A stretch of 63,909 nt of DNA, counting the filler, from Reticulomyxa filosa (taxonomy: Eukaryota > Protista > Foraminifera), in assembly GCA_000512085.1 (NCBI GenBank). It is 24 parts of 24 records of this genome, joined end to end, with 100 filler letters (N's around TTAATTAATTAA, not from the genome) between each part and the next. Parts side by side here need not be neighbours in the genome. Positions count along the whole stretch, not along the records: positions 23,075 to 28,210 come from ASPP01026074.1; positions 28,311 to 30,166 come from ASPP01027607.1; positions 30,267 to 31,544 come from ASPP01027709.1; positions 31,645 to 33,024 come from ASPP01038417.1; positions 33,125 to 34,313 come from ASPP01017752.1; positions 34,414 to 36,094 come from ASPP01017959.1; positions 36,195 to 38,403 come from ASPP01040922.1; positions 38,504 to 40,141 come from ASPP01025668.1; 16 more parts are not named here. One strand, 5' to 3'. Both the position numbers and the translations under genes were made by a program. The notes beneath the pieces were generated by a model. That model saw only the letters and a list, made by a program, of their open reading frames with translations. It searched no databases and had not been told where the DNA came from. Of the stretch, positions 26,881 through 38,630 are shown in pieces. How positions within the stretch are numbered: the first letter of the stretch is position 1; each line of letters starts with the position of its first letter.

Positions 26881-28070
26881 GACCAAATTTTCGTGCTCAA
26901 ATATCGTCATCAAAAGTATAAAAAGATTACTTGGTGAATCCAATTTGAAAAAAGTAGTTACATTTCTCTTTCTTTAATAATCTTTAATTGGTGTGTTATC
27001 ACCTTAAATGTGCATGTATATACATAGACTTGAGACAACAAAACTCGTTATCCAAGTGAACGCGTTAGAACTTAGTCATTATTTGTTCAAAGCAGAGTTT
27101 GTATATAATGGTATTCAATTGCTGACTATGTTTTGGCTGAATCGAAGCTGGTGATGTTAGCACTATCCATGGCCAACCTGAGCATCTTCGATAACAGTGG
27201 TGCACATAGTCCTATTTCCAGGTGTATATATTTTTTTTATTATGTTTTCAGCTGTTGTAATATATCTTAATCAAAACAATGTGGACATGAACCTTTTCAT
27301 TGTACAGTTGTGGATGAAACAAAAAGAAAGCGGGAAAAGCAGAAGACGAAGAGCAAACCAAGGAAGAGGAAAAAGAGCCAGCAATATATGGAGGCATTCC
27401 AAGACACAATTGGTATGAACTTCGTGTAGAAATATTAAAGCGTGATATATTGATGGAATACCTTTGAGAGAATACTGTGGTTAAAAAAGCATTGCTTTCT
27501 TTCTAAACAATTTGCATTAATTGTTGTTTGCTATTTTTGTGTTTACAGCAACTAGAATATACTGTTGATACAGGTGGTGGGATCGTAAATGAAGAAGAAG
27601 ATATTTACAGAAATGCAGAAGCAAAAAAAACAATATTTGCTCGTCTACAATATCGGGAGTACGATCTCCAATCAATCAATACAAATTAGTGGTATTCTCC
27701 AAGGCGATATTCGAGTCAAGAAAATAAATTTCATTCTTTTCGCATTGCACAAACTCTCAACACCACATCATGTCGTTGTAGTAATACCTGCGTTCTCAAG
27801 GATCACCCGTCTCGTCAATAAATGAACAGTCCTGCAAATTGTAAATACGAGCGCGGTCAATCAATACAGGTCCATTTAGCCAAATCCGACGTGCCCAAAT
27901 ATCGCCATCAAAAATAGAAAAAGATCAATTGGTTGATTCAATTTGGAAAAAGTAGTTGTCTCTTTATCTTTCTTTAATCATCTTCAATTGGTGTGTTATT
28001 CCTCTATATATATATGTATGTATATATACATATATATAGATGTCCAAGTGAAAGCGTTAGAAATTATTAA
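26881..28070 (+). repeat. Diverged direct duplication: about 26881-27080 and 27879-28070
   Basis: Collinear blocks CAAATATCG(T/C)CATCAAAA, CAATTTG(A/G)AAAAAGTAGTT, TTCTTTAAT, AATTGGTGTGTTAT and TCCAAGTGAA(C/A)GCGTTAGAA, about 1 kb apart. Confidence 0.8.
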
Positions 28071-28854
28071 TATCATGCCCAGAGCAAAGTCAGCATGTAA
28101 TATGTAGTATCGTTGATAGCAAATGGTATTAGCACTATTTATGAGCTATCTGAGTTCCTCCGATTCGTGTGATACTCAAATTGCATCCTATTCAAATCGT
28201 ATGTGCTACGNNNNNNNNNNNNNNNNNNNNNNNNNNNNNNNNNNNNNNNNNNNNTTAATTAATTAANNNNNNNNNNNNNNNNNNNNNNNNNNNNNNNNNN
28301 NNNNNNNNNNTTTTAAACTGAATTAAACAAGTATTATACATATCAAGTTGAAATGCTTGATAAAAAAAAGAAATATTAAAAGATGGTTTGAGACTAATTT
28401 ATAAAATAAACTTTTACAAAGAAAAGAATGAATATTACTTACTACATTTTGCAAGCACAAAAGGACCTACTTATACTATCATGAAAGTAAAAAAAATTTT
28501 CTTTTTTTGCAGAAATTAACAACAAAAAAAATTACGTATAATTACTTAACTATTGTTTTTGATGAAACGAACACAAACGGGAATGAAATCATTCTTTTTC
28601 CTCTTTCGAGACTTTTCACTTATGTAATTGAGGGAAAAAAATTACTTTTGTAAAATAGCTCAGTAATAATACAAAAATTGATCAAATGAAAATTATATTT
28701 GATCACGTTCTGAAAAATATGCAGGATAATATGAAAAACACTACCTTCGAAGTTTGAAGATATCACTTTTTTTTTAAAAAAGTATACGTTGTGGATTTTT
28801 ATGCATGAGCCTGAATGATTAGACCAGTTTTTTCTTATTTAACTTCAACTCTCT

Positions 28855-30166
28855 TACCGGACTTGAAATGAATTCATGTAATCCGAGTGGACACACTGGT
28901 AAAGGGTATTTCATTGTCCCCAATGGCTGTGTACACTTTACAAAACTCTCCGATATCGTCGAAATCATTAAGCCGCCGGAAAAATCGGAACAAGCAAAAC
29001 TTCAAATCCAAAGACATCGGCAAATGCTCAATTTGCAAAATAAAGTGACAAAGTCGAACAATTGGAAAAAAAAGCATTGTTTGGGAACGGAACTAGACTC
29101 GAAACAAAACCAATTTGTCCAACGCAAAACGCTGCTGCAAAGATAATTGAAAGACTTGACCGAAGCATTCAATCAAAACTATCCGTTGATTGAAATTGAC
29201 GAGTCGTCAAAAGTGAGGCAAGTACGGGATCGAATGGATACGAATCACTTGTGATCCAAGAGTCATTGTCCGTAAACACCGGTGATTGAGTCGTCCTGGA
29301 CAGAGGCGACATTAGCAAAATGATATTTATTGGGTCGGTGAGCTTTGACAATCGACAAATGCTTGGAATCCTCTTGGATGAGTGGTCTCTCAATGGACAC
29401 GATGGAACAGTAGATGGCACGCAGTACTTTGAGGCGCTCGAGGGAAGAAACCTATTGGTACCCTTTGACTCCGTCGTCGGATTGTGTGATAAGTACGGCG
29501 AGGTGCAAAAGGCCATAGCAAAAAAATGATCAAAAACGAGGATCCGTGGAATTGAAGCCAGTCATGGAAGAAGACGGTGACGACGATGAAGACTACAAAA
29601 AGAGTCTGAAAGGCAATCGGTAAGCACAAAAATATTTGATGGAGATAAGACAGTGTATCCTGATTTGCCAAAAGTGGGCGAAGAAGTAAACGTTGGATGT
29701 GTGTGGTAGGGGGGAAAAAGATTTCATATACGATTTTGGAAAAAGATCAACAGTTATTTTTTGTCGAATTGAATGATATACAGTGTTGAACAATAGCAAA
29801 GCCAAGTCTATTCTGCAGCAAGGCTCTTTGGCTATACATGAATATAAGTATCAACATGAAAATGTTGACGATAATGAAAACGAAAATAAGACTAGATTAG
29901 AAAGCCATCATAAAGTACTTCAAAGCTCCATTTTGTTGAAAATGGTAATGGATGGAAATGAAAATGCATTGAAACATTTAAATATGTGCAACGTCGAACA
30001 TTGTCAAATGTATTTAATGGATGCCATTGCAGCCAAATATAATTTGAATCAGCAACGTAAGGCTGAAGTTATTGCAGACACTTTATTTTGCATGATTTCA
30101 TTATCCAATTGGGAAGTATCCGTTGAGATGATTGAGGCCATCTTATACGTTTTGCCTGATTTTTTT
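28855..30166 (+). pseudogene. CAP-Gly domain protein (two degenerate CAP-Gly units), interrupted
   Basis: FIGSVSFDNRQMLGILLDEWSLNGHDGTVDGTQYFEALEGRNLLVP matches CAP-Gly GxxLD..GKNDGxVxGxxYF; weaker upstream unit GLEMNSCNPSGHTGKGYF; several in-frame stops. Confidence 0.75.
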
Positions 30167-31644
30167 NNNNNNNNNNNNNNNNNNNNNNNNNNNNNNNNNN
30201 NNNNNNNNNNTTAATTAATTAANNNNNNNNNNNNNNNNNNNNNNNNNNNNNNNNNNNNNNNNNNNNATAACTTGAAAAATAAAAAAGACCTACCAGTTTT
30301 TTGCTAAGAGTGCGATTAGCACACTAATTATGGACCGGTACGAAAGATAGATACAACCAAAAAAAAAAAGAACTTTTTTTCTTAAGTAAGACATAAATGC
30401 ACAACTCATAAATGTTTATGAAAAAGATTCAAATTTGCAATTTTTGGTAATATTTTGATATTTTTGACAAAACAACTTGAAAAAAATAATTGTTCAAATT
30501 TTTATATATTATTTCATTTTTTATTTGTGATTCCAAAAATAGATTAACCACAAATAATTGAAAATAATTTTTTTTTTTTGAATAAATCCTTACTTTTTGA
30601 TTAATAACTTTTCTCTGGAAGAGAAAAAGGTTCACTTTTTAGAAAAACTTCTTTTAGACGTTACGAAAGTGGTTTGGTTCTTCTTTCTTTAAACAATCTG
30701 ACAATCCAAATCTACAACATGAGAGTTCCTTCATCAACGTATTCCTCTGCAAAAATGTAACAGCTACCGAAAAAAAAGAAAAGAGTCAATGTAAACCCAA
30801 GACACCCAAAATAACAACACCATTCGGAAAAAAGGTACTGTCATCACAGCCTAACAAATACTTTGTCTATTTGGTCTCTCCGATTGGCAACATTCAGGTT
30901 GATGTTGTATATCTATCTTCACAATCAAAGCGATGATATTAATTTTTGTATTTGTTTCGAAAGTGAATAACATATGAACTTATTCATAAATAAAAAATAA
31001 ATCAGATATTTCCACAATAAAAAATAAAGTCGACAACATTATCTTCTGTTCATTGATCGAAATTGATGGTCCATAATAATCAGTACGTGGAATTACAAAA
31101 AATAATCACAACAGGATCGATTGTTGCAACGAAGTTTCTCAATGCTAATGTACGTATTAGTTTTTTTTAACACTTTGTTACTAAAAAACATTTTTTATTA
31201 CGTCATGTTTTTATGTTGTTTTTTGTCGCGGTATTGCGATCAAATAAAGAAATAAGCTAAAAACTCATTTCAAAACATTTCGGGTCTAAAACTTCAATAT
31301 TTTGACTGTCCAAAAAAAAGAAGAATATCAAAGTTATCAATCATTCCAGTTATTCTAGAAATATTTTCATTTATGTTTATTTGAAATGTTTTTAACATAA
31401 ATAAAACAGTAACAGAAGTGAACATATGACATAATTTCATTTTACAAACAAATTATTAAATCTTTTAAATGAATTTGCGTCATTTTGTTTTAGAATAATA
31501 GTTCAATTTTTTCAAAAAAAAACTATGTTTGATTTAAAAGAAGANNNNNNNNNNNNNNNNNNNNNNNNNNNNNNNNNNNNNNNNNNNNTTAATTAATTAA
31601 NNNNNNNNNNNNNNNNNNNNNNNNNNNNNNNNNNNNNNNNNNNN

Positions 31645-32470
31645 TCTTTGTCAATATCTTCACATTCTTTCTCAAACACATCACAAAGCTTCTCCAAAGA
31701 TTTAACATCATGGCTTTGGTGGATCTTCATCTTTATAATTCGCCACAGATTCTCGATTGGATTGAGATCTTTGCTATGCGGAAGATGTTCTAATATTGCT
31801 ATTCGATGATACTCCAAAAATTCCATAGCTGAATTTGACTTGTGGCAAGATACGTTGTCCCACTGAAAGATAAAGTCATCATGATACTTTTCTTCGATAC
31901 AATATTGACTAGAGTTTCACATTTCGTCAGCGAGAATATCTTTATACAACTTAAAGTTAACAGTTCCTGTGATTTTGGCAGAATCACTGACTCCTTTTTC
32001 CTCAATGTATTCACAAATCATCATACTACCGCCACCACATTTCACAGTATGCTTAGTATTGCGATCGGAAATCATTTCATTATGTCTTTTCCAAATGTAT
32101 TCTTTTCCGTCACTTCCGAAACAATTTATGTTCGTTTCATTGGAAAAAATCATTTTTATACAATCACTTTTGGTCAATGATTTGTGTTTTTTGGTGAACT
32201 CTAAACTTAACAGATGCTTTTTGATACTTATTAGACCATTTAAACACTGGAATTTTAAAATATTTTTAACAGTGCTCACGGAGAACGCTCTTTTGTATTT
32301 CCGTGTGAGTAGTCACTGCAAATCTACTGATGTTTGTGCCTCTCCAGATTAAATTAAGAGTATCTATATCAGTCTACGTTTTGGGACATCAATAACCTCT
32401 TTTGTGTGTAATCGCTCCACTGTTGATGATACTGAGGTAAAATTTTTTACTTTGGCCGTCATTATGATAC
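31645..32470 (-). mobile_element. Tc1-like DD34E transposase pseudogene
   Basis: MIFSNETNINCFGSDG (first D mutated to N), TVKCGGGSMMI, in-frame TGA at 31917-31919, then FIFQWDNVSCH...HSKDLNPIENLW with exactly 34 residues between D and E. Confidence 0.92.
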
Positions 32471-32849
32471 GACATTCTAATACGTATTCTTTCAAATAAA
32501 ATTCATTGTTGTATTCCAGACATGTTGTGAGTCATGAATAGAAGACAAAGAATAATAATAAAAACAAAAAACTTGTTTGAATGTTGAAAAAGAAAAGTTT
32601 ATATTGAAAATTGTGACCTCAGCTAAAGCAAGTCCAACAGTAAAACTACACCACTTCCAATCATTTTTGAAAATTTTTTTCTTTTCTAAATTTTTGTTTA
32701 TTGTTTTTACAAACTAATTATAAAAGTGTAAAAGTATATGCAGTAAACCAGAAAAAATAATCACAATTTACTACTAAAATTTTTGTTAGAAACACAAAAA
32801 GTTCATATTTTAGGATTGGGAAAAAATTATGAAATGGTTAAAACAAAAA

Positions 32850-33024
32850 AATAAAAATAAAAACAATGAACTTTACTCCAAATTCAACTGATTTAAATCC
32901 AATTGAAAATCTTTGTTATATAGTAAATACAAATATTCACAAAAAATGATCATTTAATAAAACTGAATATCTTTGGAATCAATTCGAAACATAATGTGAA
33001 AAAATAAAAACAAACAATTGTAAA
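32850..33024 (+). mobile_element. Second Tc1 transposase C-terminal relic, opposite strand
   Basis: Translates KIKTMNFTPNSTDLNPIENLCYIVNTNIHKK*SFNKTEYLWNQFET*CEKI; not in the ORF track. Confidence 0.8.
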
Positions 33025-33224
33025 NNNNNNNNNNNNNNNNNNNNNNNNNNNNNNNNNNNNNNNNNNNNTTAATTAATTAANNNNNNNNNNNNNNNNNNNN
33101 NNNNNNNNNNNNNNNNNNNNNNNNTGTATATGTATGTATATATATATATTAATTTTTATTTATTTATTCATTTATTTATTCATTATTTAATAAAAATTTT
33201 TTTGTTCACCTTGAAATAACAAAG

Positions 33225-34259
33225 GATGACCAACACAAGTGGTATGAGGCATGCATTCGCTATGTTGGGAAAGAAGGAACCCCAAACGCTGGAAAGGTGG
33301 CCATTCATTTCATTGGCTGGGCCGATAAATGGGACGAGTGGATTACAATAGGGAACTACGAGAGATTGGCCCTGCGCCATTCCCACACATTGGGGAAGCC
33401 ACATCGCCCCAGAAAAAACAATCGTATGGCGCGGGCTCTTATTCCTCCTCCTCCTCGTCCTGGTTTGGATACAGCAATGACGATGGCAAGCCTGACAAAA
33501 AGGAGTCGTGGGGCTACGCAACCTCGGAAACACATGCTTTATGAATTCCACCATTCAATGCTTGGCCCAATCCCCATATCTAACGGAATACTTTCTGAGG
33601 GGAGATTTTGTCCATCACATCAATTACAACAACCCCCTCGGGTGGAAAGGAAAAGTGGCTCAAGCCTGGGCTCAACTGCTCAAGGATATGTTTAGCAACC
33701 GATTTCGAGTTGTCGCGCCAAGAGACTTTAAAGCTGCAATTGGTGAAGTTGCTCCAAGGTATATATATATATTCAATGAACCATTTATATTTATTGAACA
33801 AAAAAGAAAAAAAAGGGGGCGAGGGGAGGGGGGAAGAAAGAAAATGTACATTTGAATTTTTTTTTTTTTTTTTTTTGTGTTCACAGATTTATGGGGTATT
33901 CCCAACAGGATAGTCAAGAACTGCTGTCCTTTTTGTTGGACGGGTTACACGAAGACTTGAACCAAATCCAAGATAAACCAGGAACCACTGCAGTCGAATC
34001 CAGTGGACGACCCGATGAGGTAGTTGCCGCGGAGGCCTGGCAAACGTACCTGAAAAGAAACGTCTCGATTATCGTGGATTTGTTGCAGGGCCAATACAAG
34101 TCACGTGTGGAATGTCCCGACTGCGGCAAAGTGTCCATCACCTTTGATCCATACATGTTCCTGAGCGTTCCTTTGCCCACCGAGCGATACAAAGTCATGG
34201 AGTTCACTTGGGTCAGCAGTGCTCCGGGTGCCTCGCTCCCTACTGTCTATGGTGTCAAA
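33225..34259 (+). CDS. Ubiquitin-specific protease (C19, USP4/15-like Cys box) preceded by a Tudor/MBT-like domain; partial
   Basis: GLRNLGNTCFMNSTIQCL, QQDSQELLSFLLDGLHEDLN, GQYKSRVECPDC..SITFDPYMFLSVPLP; intron 33759-33886; upstream KWYEACI..IHFIGWADKWDEWI. Two single-A deficits in A-runs (about 33415 and 33499). Confidence 0.93.
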
Positions 34260-34482
34260 GTTATGTGTAAACCGATGTTTGCATCAAAACAAAACAAAGA
34301 ATATATATATATANNNNNNNNNNNNNNNNNNNNNNNNNNNNNNNNNNNNNNNNNNNNTTAATTAATTAANNNNNNNNNNNNNNNNNNNNNNNNNNNNNNN
34401 NNNNNNNNNNNNNATATATATATATATATTTAATTTTTTTTTTTAAGAAATAAAATTATATATACATATATGCATTTATCAG

Positions 34483-35370
34483 AACGGACTTTTAGTCGTT
34501 GATATGATTGAATTAACTCTACGATTGCATAAACCATCCGATAAAGATCTGTTTAGCGAAAAACATTTTGGTGACAACAACAAAAGACAAGAAAATTCAT
34601 TTAATCCACCAATGGAATTTGTTTCATCATCAAAATATCCCAAACCCAAATCAATGAATGCATATCCATTTAGCATGACCGAAACTGTTATTTCACTTAT
34701 TACACTTCAAAATTCTAGTCATTACATTGAATGGAAAGCATTAATCAACAAATTCATGACATATGGATTTTGGAAGGGCTTACTTGTTTTATATATGCAT
34801 CTCAAACAAATTCAACATTGCATCTATTTGGCTGTTCTTTTGGACTCAAAAAAACCGTTGTTGGATTTGCTTTGTGATGAACGTGATCCACGTTTGTGGA
34901 AGGAATTATTGCAATGCTTAATCTATGTTCGAGGCATTGGCAAACCTGAATTACATACTAAGTTTTATTATATTCTTTTTTAAAATAATAAATATTTCTA
35001 CTTTATATCATGTGTATGTGTGTGATATATGCACATATATTAACAGACATGAACTTAATGCAGAAATAATTCTACGTTGCATGTTGACTAACATTGGGAG
35101 TGATGAAACCTTTCAATGTATTGATGACCCGACTGTCAGTGATGCTTTGCAAGGCCTTCCTTGTCATGTCTACCACGAAATAGTACAAAAGCAATCTTTT
35201 CAGAACTTGCGTTCACAATACATTGACAATGTTCATGGCAATTTACTCTCATATATATCTCAGTACATTCCACCAAAAAACCAAAGTAAAATTAATGGTG
35301 CCAACGACAACAAACCCTTAACCACTTTAGAAAAATTAGGAGATGTATTAGGCAATATCAAACACAACAG
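34483..35370 (+). CDS. Protein resembling the C-terminal solenoid of HPS5 (BLOC-2 subunit); partial
   Basis: Exons 34483-34961 and 35047-35370 splice in frame. Ordered motifs YPKPKS, YGFWKGLLVLY, LWKELLQCLI and LNAEIILRCMLTNIGSDETF parallel the remembered human HPS5 motifs YPRPHS, CGFWPGYLILC, EWKLLLHLI and [20 protein letters not shown]. Confidence 0.55.
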
Positions 35371-35931
35371 GTTCAATTTTTCTCTGTCTTTTATTCCTTT
35401 TTATCACCCACCAAAAAAATATTCAAAAATATCACAGCAAAGAATGGAAATTAATGAGTGGAGATAACTTCTTTGTCAAACCCGATCGAACAGCAGCACC
35501 ACTAGAAAAAAATCTGACCGATTTGTTCATTGAACTCAGATAATGATTTTTCAATAAATAACCTATATTCATGATCTAATCACAATCTGAAAAGCAATTT
35601 TATTTGTATCAATTTCACTTACTCTTTTGAAAGGGTAATCGCTAATGTTTTTAAGTGGAGTATGGTGGTCAAGTAAAGAACTTTTACTGTTCTCCACATT
35701 GTCTCTCGTACTATGCAAAAAGTTAAGTTTAAAAAATCACATCAACTCCAGCAAAAATTCATGGCAAATATATTCAGAAAGATAATCTACAAGCAAATCG
35801 TTTCCTAATACCCAAACATTGTAAATGTAATTCTAAAAACTTTGAACTAAACTTTTTTGTCGAAAAATTTCAATGCTATATCAAAGTCGATGTCAACTAG
35901 GAGAGCATAATGATATAGCAAATTATGTAAA

Positions 35932-36094
35932 TGTAGTACAAGTCCCTATTCTAAAGGCTTGAACTCGGGAGGACCCGAGGAATCCCCAGTGGGTTAAACT
36001 TCTTTTACAACCTTCTTCGCTTTGCCTTGTTTATTTTTTCCTCTTTTTCGTGTCATTTCTCTTTAATTTGTTTTAATTTACTTGTTTGTTGAAA
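35932..36094 (+). mobile_element. Left end of the TGTAG-terminated repeat element (second copy of 56104-56263), cut by the contig end
   Basis: About 160 bp nearly identical to 56104-56263; high identity starts at TGTAGTACAAGTCCC. Confidence 0.9.
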
Positions 36095-36203
36095 NNNNNN
36101 NNNNNNNNNNNNNNNNNNNNNNNNNNNNNNNNNNNNNNTTAATTAATTAANNNNNNNNNNNNNNNNNNNNNNNNNNNNNNNNNNNNNNNNNNNNAAGAAA
36201 AGT

Positions 36204-36521
36204 ATGGATGAGAAATGGAAAAAATATGAAATTGTATTCGATTATGCGTACTTGGCCTTCCTGACACTGACGAATACAGAATTGAAAATTTTATTAGGAC
36301 AAGAACGAGTGGATTTAAAAAAATTACAAGAACTATGCTTTACTGGTATTCCAGAAGAAGAGCTGACATTAAAAACAAAATGTCAGAAATTGTTGTTGAG
36401 GTATTTACTAAGTTGGACGAAATGTTGTGACTGCAGAGCAAAAGGCGATATTGTTTCCAAACCCAAAGACTTTTGCAAAAAGAGTATTAAGAATAATACA
36501 AATGCAAATGAGTATCATTAA
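36204..36521 (+). pseudogene. Chimeric fragment: PUB-family piece fused to a TBC (Rab-GAP, TBC1D13-like) N-terminal piece
   Basis: KWKKYEIVFDY matches KWKDY.SVFDY of the pseudogene near 15250. VDLKKLQELCFTGIPEE..LKTKCQKLLLRYL matches TBC box A (LxxLxxxGIP..LR..xWKxLLxYL). Confidence 0.55.
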
Positions 36522-36659
36522 TGAAAGAACAAAAATAAGATCAAAGTTGGATAGCTTCACGATTACGTATAGTGCTACGAGATATAAGAGTTGGGAGTAT
36601 GTGTCGCGAATCGCGAATGTTTAACTTTGCATTGGAGAAACTAAAGAATTGCGATACTG

Positions 36660-37620
36660 AAAAATTCCATGATTGAACCATTGTGTAATGTCAATCGACC
36701 ACTACAAGAAAAAATATGGAAAACAGATATGCACACTTGCCAAGACAATACTTACAATTGTGAAACATTTGTAATGCAATTGGAACAATGTTTGAAAGTA
36801 GATCTCCATGCTCTTCTTCGTGTCATGAAAAAAGGTGATGATGTGATGGCTCAAAAAAAAAAAGATGAGTTTGTACAAGTACATCAACAATGAAATTGTC
36901 TGTTTGATTATTACGATACCATTTATTCTGCATACTCGCGTTTTAAAAGTGGCAGATATGAGTAATTGACGCTTCAGTTTGGAAGTAACAAATTGACTTG
37001 CGAAGAGATCGAACATTCCATAGATCTACTAAAACTTGGTTTGATACGTGAAGAAAAGAAAGATATTGAAACAATCATTTTACAATTTGAAATTTGCAAA
37101 GATATTTATGCCATTCGAATGAATTATTGGAAAAAAGGAGGCACTCCATCTCAAGATAAGCTAAAGTTAGCTGCAAGTAATCACATTCCAAACTTTGATA
37201 GCCAAAAAATTATGTGGGTTGAAAGATTGAAACAGTGGAATAAAGCATGTATCGAATTGCGACACGAGTATCCATGTTTGGTATATTTTACAATAAATAA
37301 AATACAACAATTGATTAAAGATTTGAATCATATCAAAGCACATGAACCCCAAATTAGGATATATTAGCATCCAAGTATATTGTGCCTTTCTTGCAAAGAT
37401 TAGATTATCAATTACATGATGTATCTCAAGTGTTACATGAATGGAAAGATCAGAATAATGAAGATATGCAATCATTACAAGAACTTGGACGTATTTTTTC
37501 CCAAGTTTGGATGAAATCAAAAAACAATGAAAGTGCGCCCAATTCCTTTTCCATATTATTATCATTAAAAGCAGGGAGGCCTAACTTGGTCATTGCCAAT
37601 CATAACAACAAACTATTTTC
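36660..37620 (+). pseudogene. RNF213/mysterin-like fragment
   Basis: WNKACIELRHEYPCLVYFTINKIQQLIKDL and LKAGRPNLVIA recall RNF213 (W..F...KR..HFYLNFYTAEQLVYL; GQPNLVVC). Frameshift near 37365 and abrupt end near 37620. Confidence 0.55.
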
Positions 37621-38503
37621 GATCGCAAGACAGACGGGAAATACTGCTTACAGTGTTGGTTGCTAGTGTCATCTATGGCATTGAGTATTGTGCATAACAC
37701 CTGCTTGTTGTTATTCAGTAATGTCATTGTTGTAGATACTTCCATCTCATTCAATTACAAGGTTAAATGAAGCCAAAATCTCTTCCTTTCGTGCAATTTG
37801 ATGGCCAAACAAATATCGTTCAACTTCAAAAAAGGAGACATTGTCGAAACTGTTGGAAGCGAACGTTCATTGCACACGCTCAAATAGTATGTGTTTGGAG
37901 TGAATGATTTTGTTAGCTCAAACATTGAATGTTTTTTGAATTTCTTGTTTTGGATATGAAGCATTCTACAAGGGCAATGATGAAAATCGTGTCTCTTCTT
38001 TGAGTATCTGACGAGCTTGGAATTTCAATTTGAGAGTTGTTGCTTAAACACTGTTTTCGTGTTTTTCCCAAATTGTTAACAGTTTCATTTACTTGTTTTT
38101 TTGTTTTATTTTTGTCCATTGTTAAAAAAATCCAAAAAAAATTATTAGTTGAAATGTAGTATTCTTAAGCGTATTTTTGTACAAAGCATTAAACTTTCAA
38201 CGTTCAATTTTAGACAAGAATCAAAGTTACCCTTGGATCATGAATATTTTATTCAATAAAGCTTACTTTTTTTTTTTTTTTGTATTTGAAACGCCATTGG
38301 GTGAACTTTTGCAACAATGGCGCAGCCAGAAGAGCCAACAAGTGGAGTGTCTTCCATGATGGTTCCCTTCCAACAGTTTGTTGTTTGTGAAACAAGAGAA
38401 TTTNNNNNNNNNNNNNNNNNNNNNNNNNNNNNNNNNNNNNNNNNNNNTTAATTAATTAANNNNNNNNNNNNNNNNNNNNNNNNNNNNNNNNNNNNNNNNN
38501 NNN

Positions 38504-38630
38504 TTTTTTTTCATGGGATCATCAAAAAAGCCAACTCGTTTTTGAACATCACGCTATTTCTAACTTTGAATATCAAGTGAATGATTATCACTAACCTCAC
38601 AGTTGAGTAACAACAAGTTAATTTTAAAAA
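38504..38630 (+). repeat. Dispersed about 120-bp repeat, copy 2
   Basis: Collinear with 20290-20411. Confidence 0.85.

Noticed and set aside
33410-33505. Programmed ribosomal frameshifting in the USP gene
   Set aside because: The indels lie in A-runs, both insertions and deletions occur across genes, and there is no consistent slippery-site or stop context; sequencing error is more likely.
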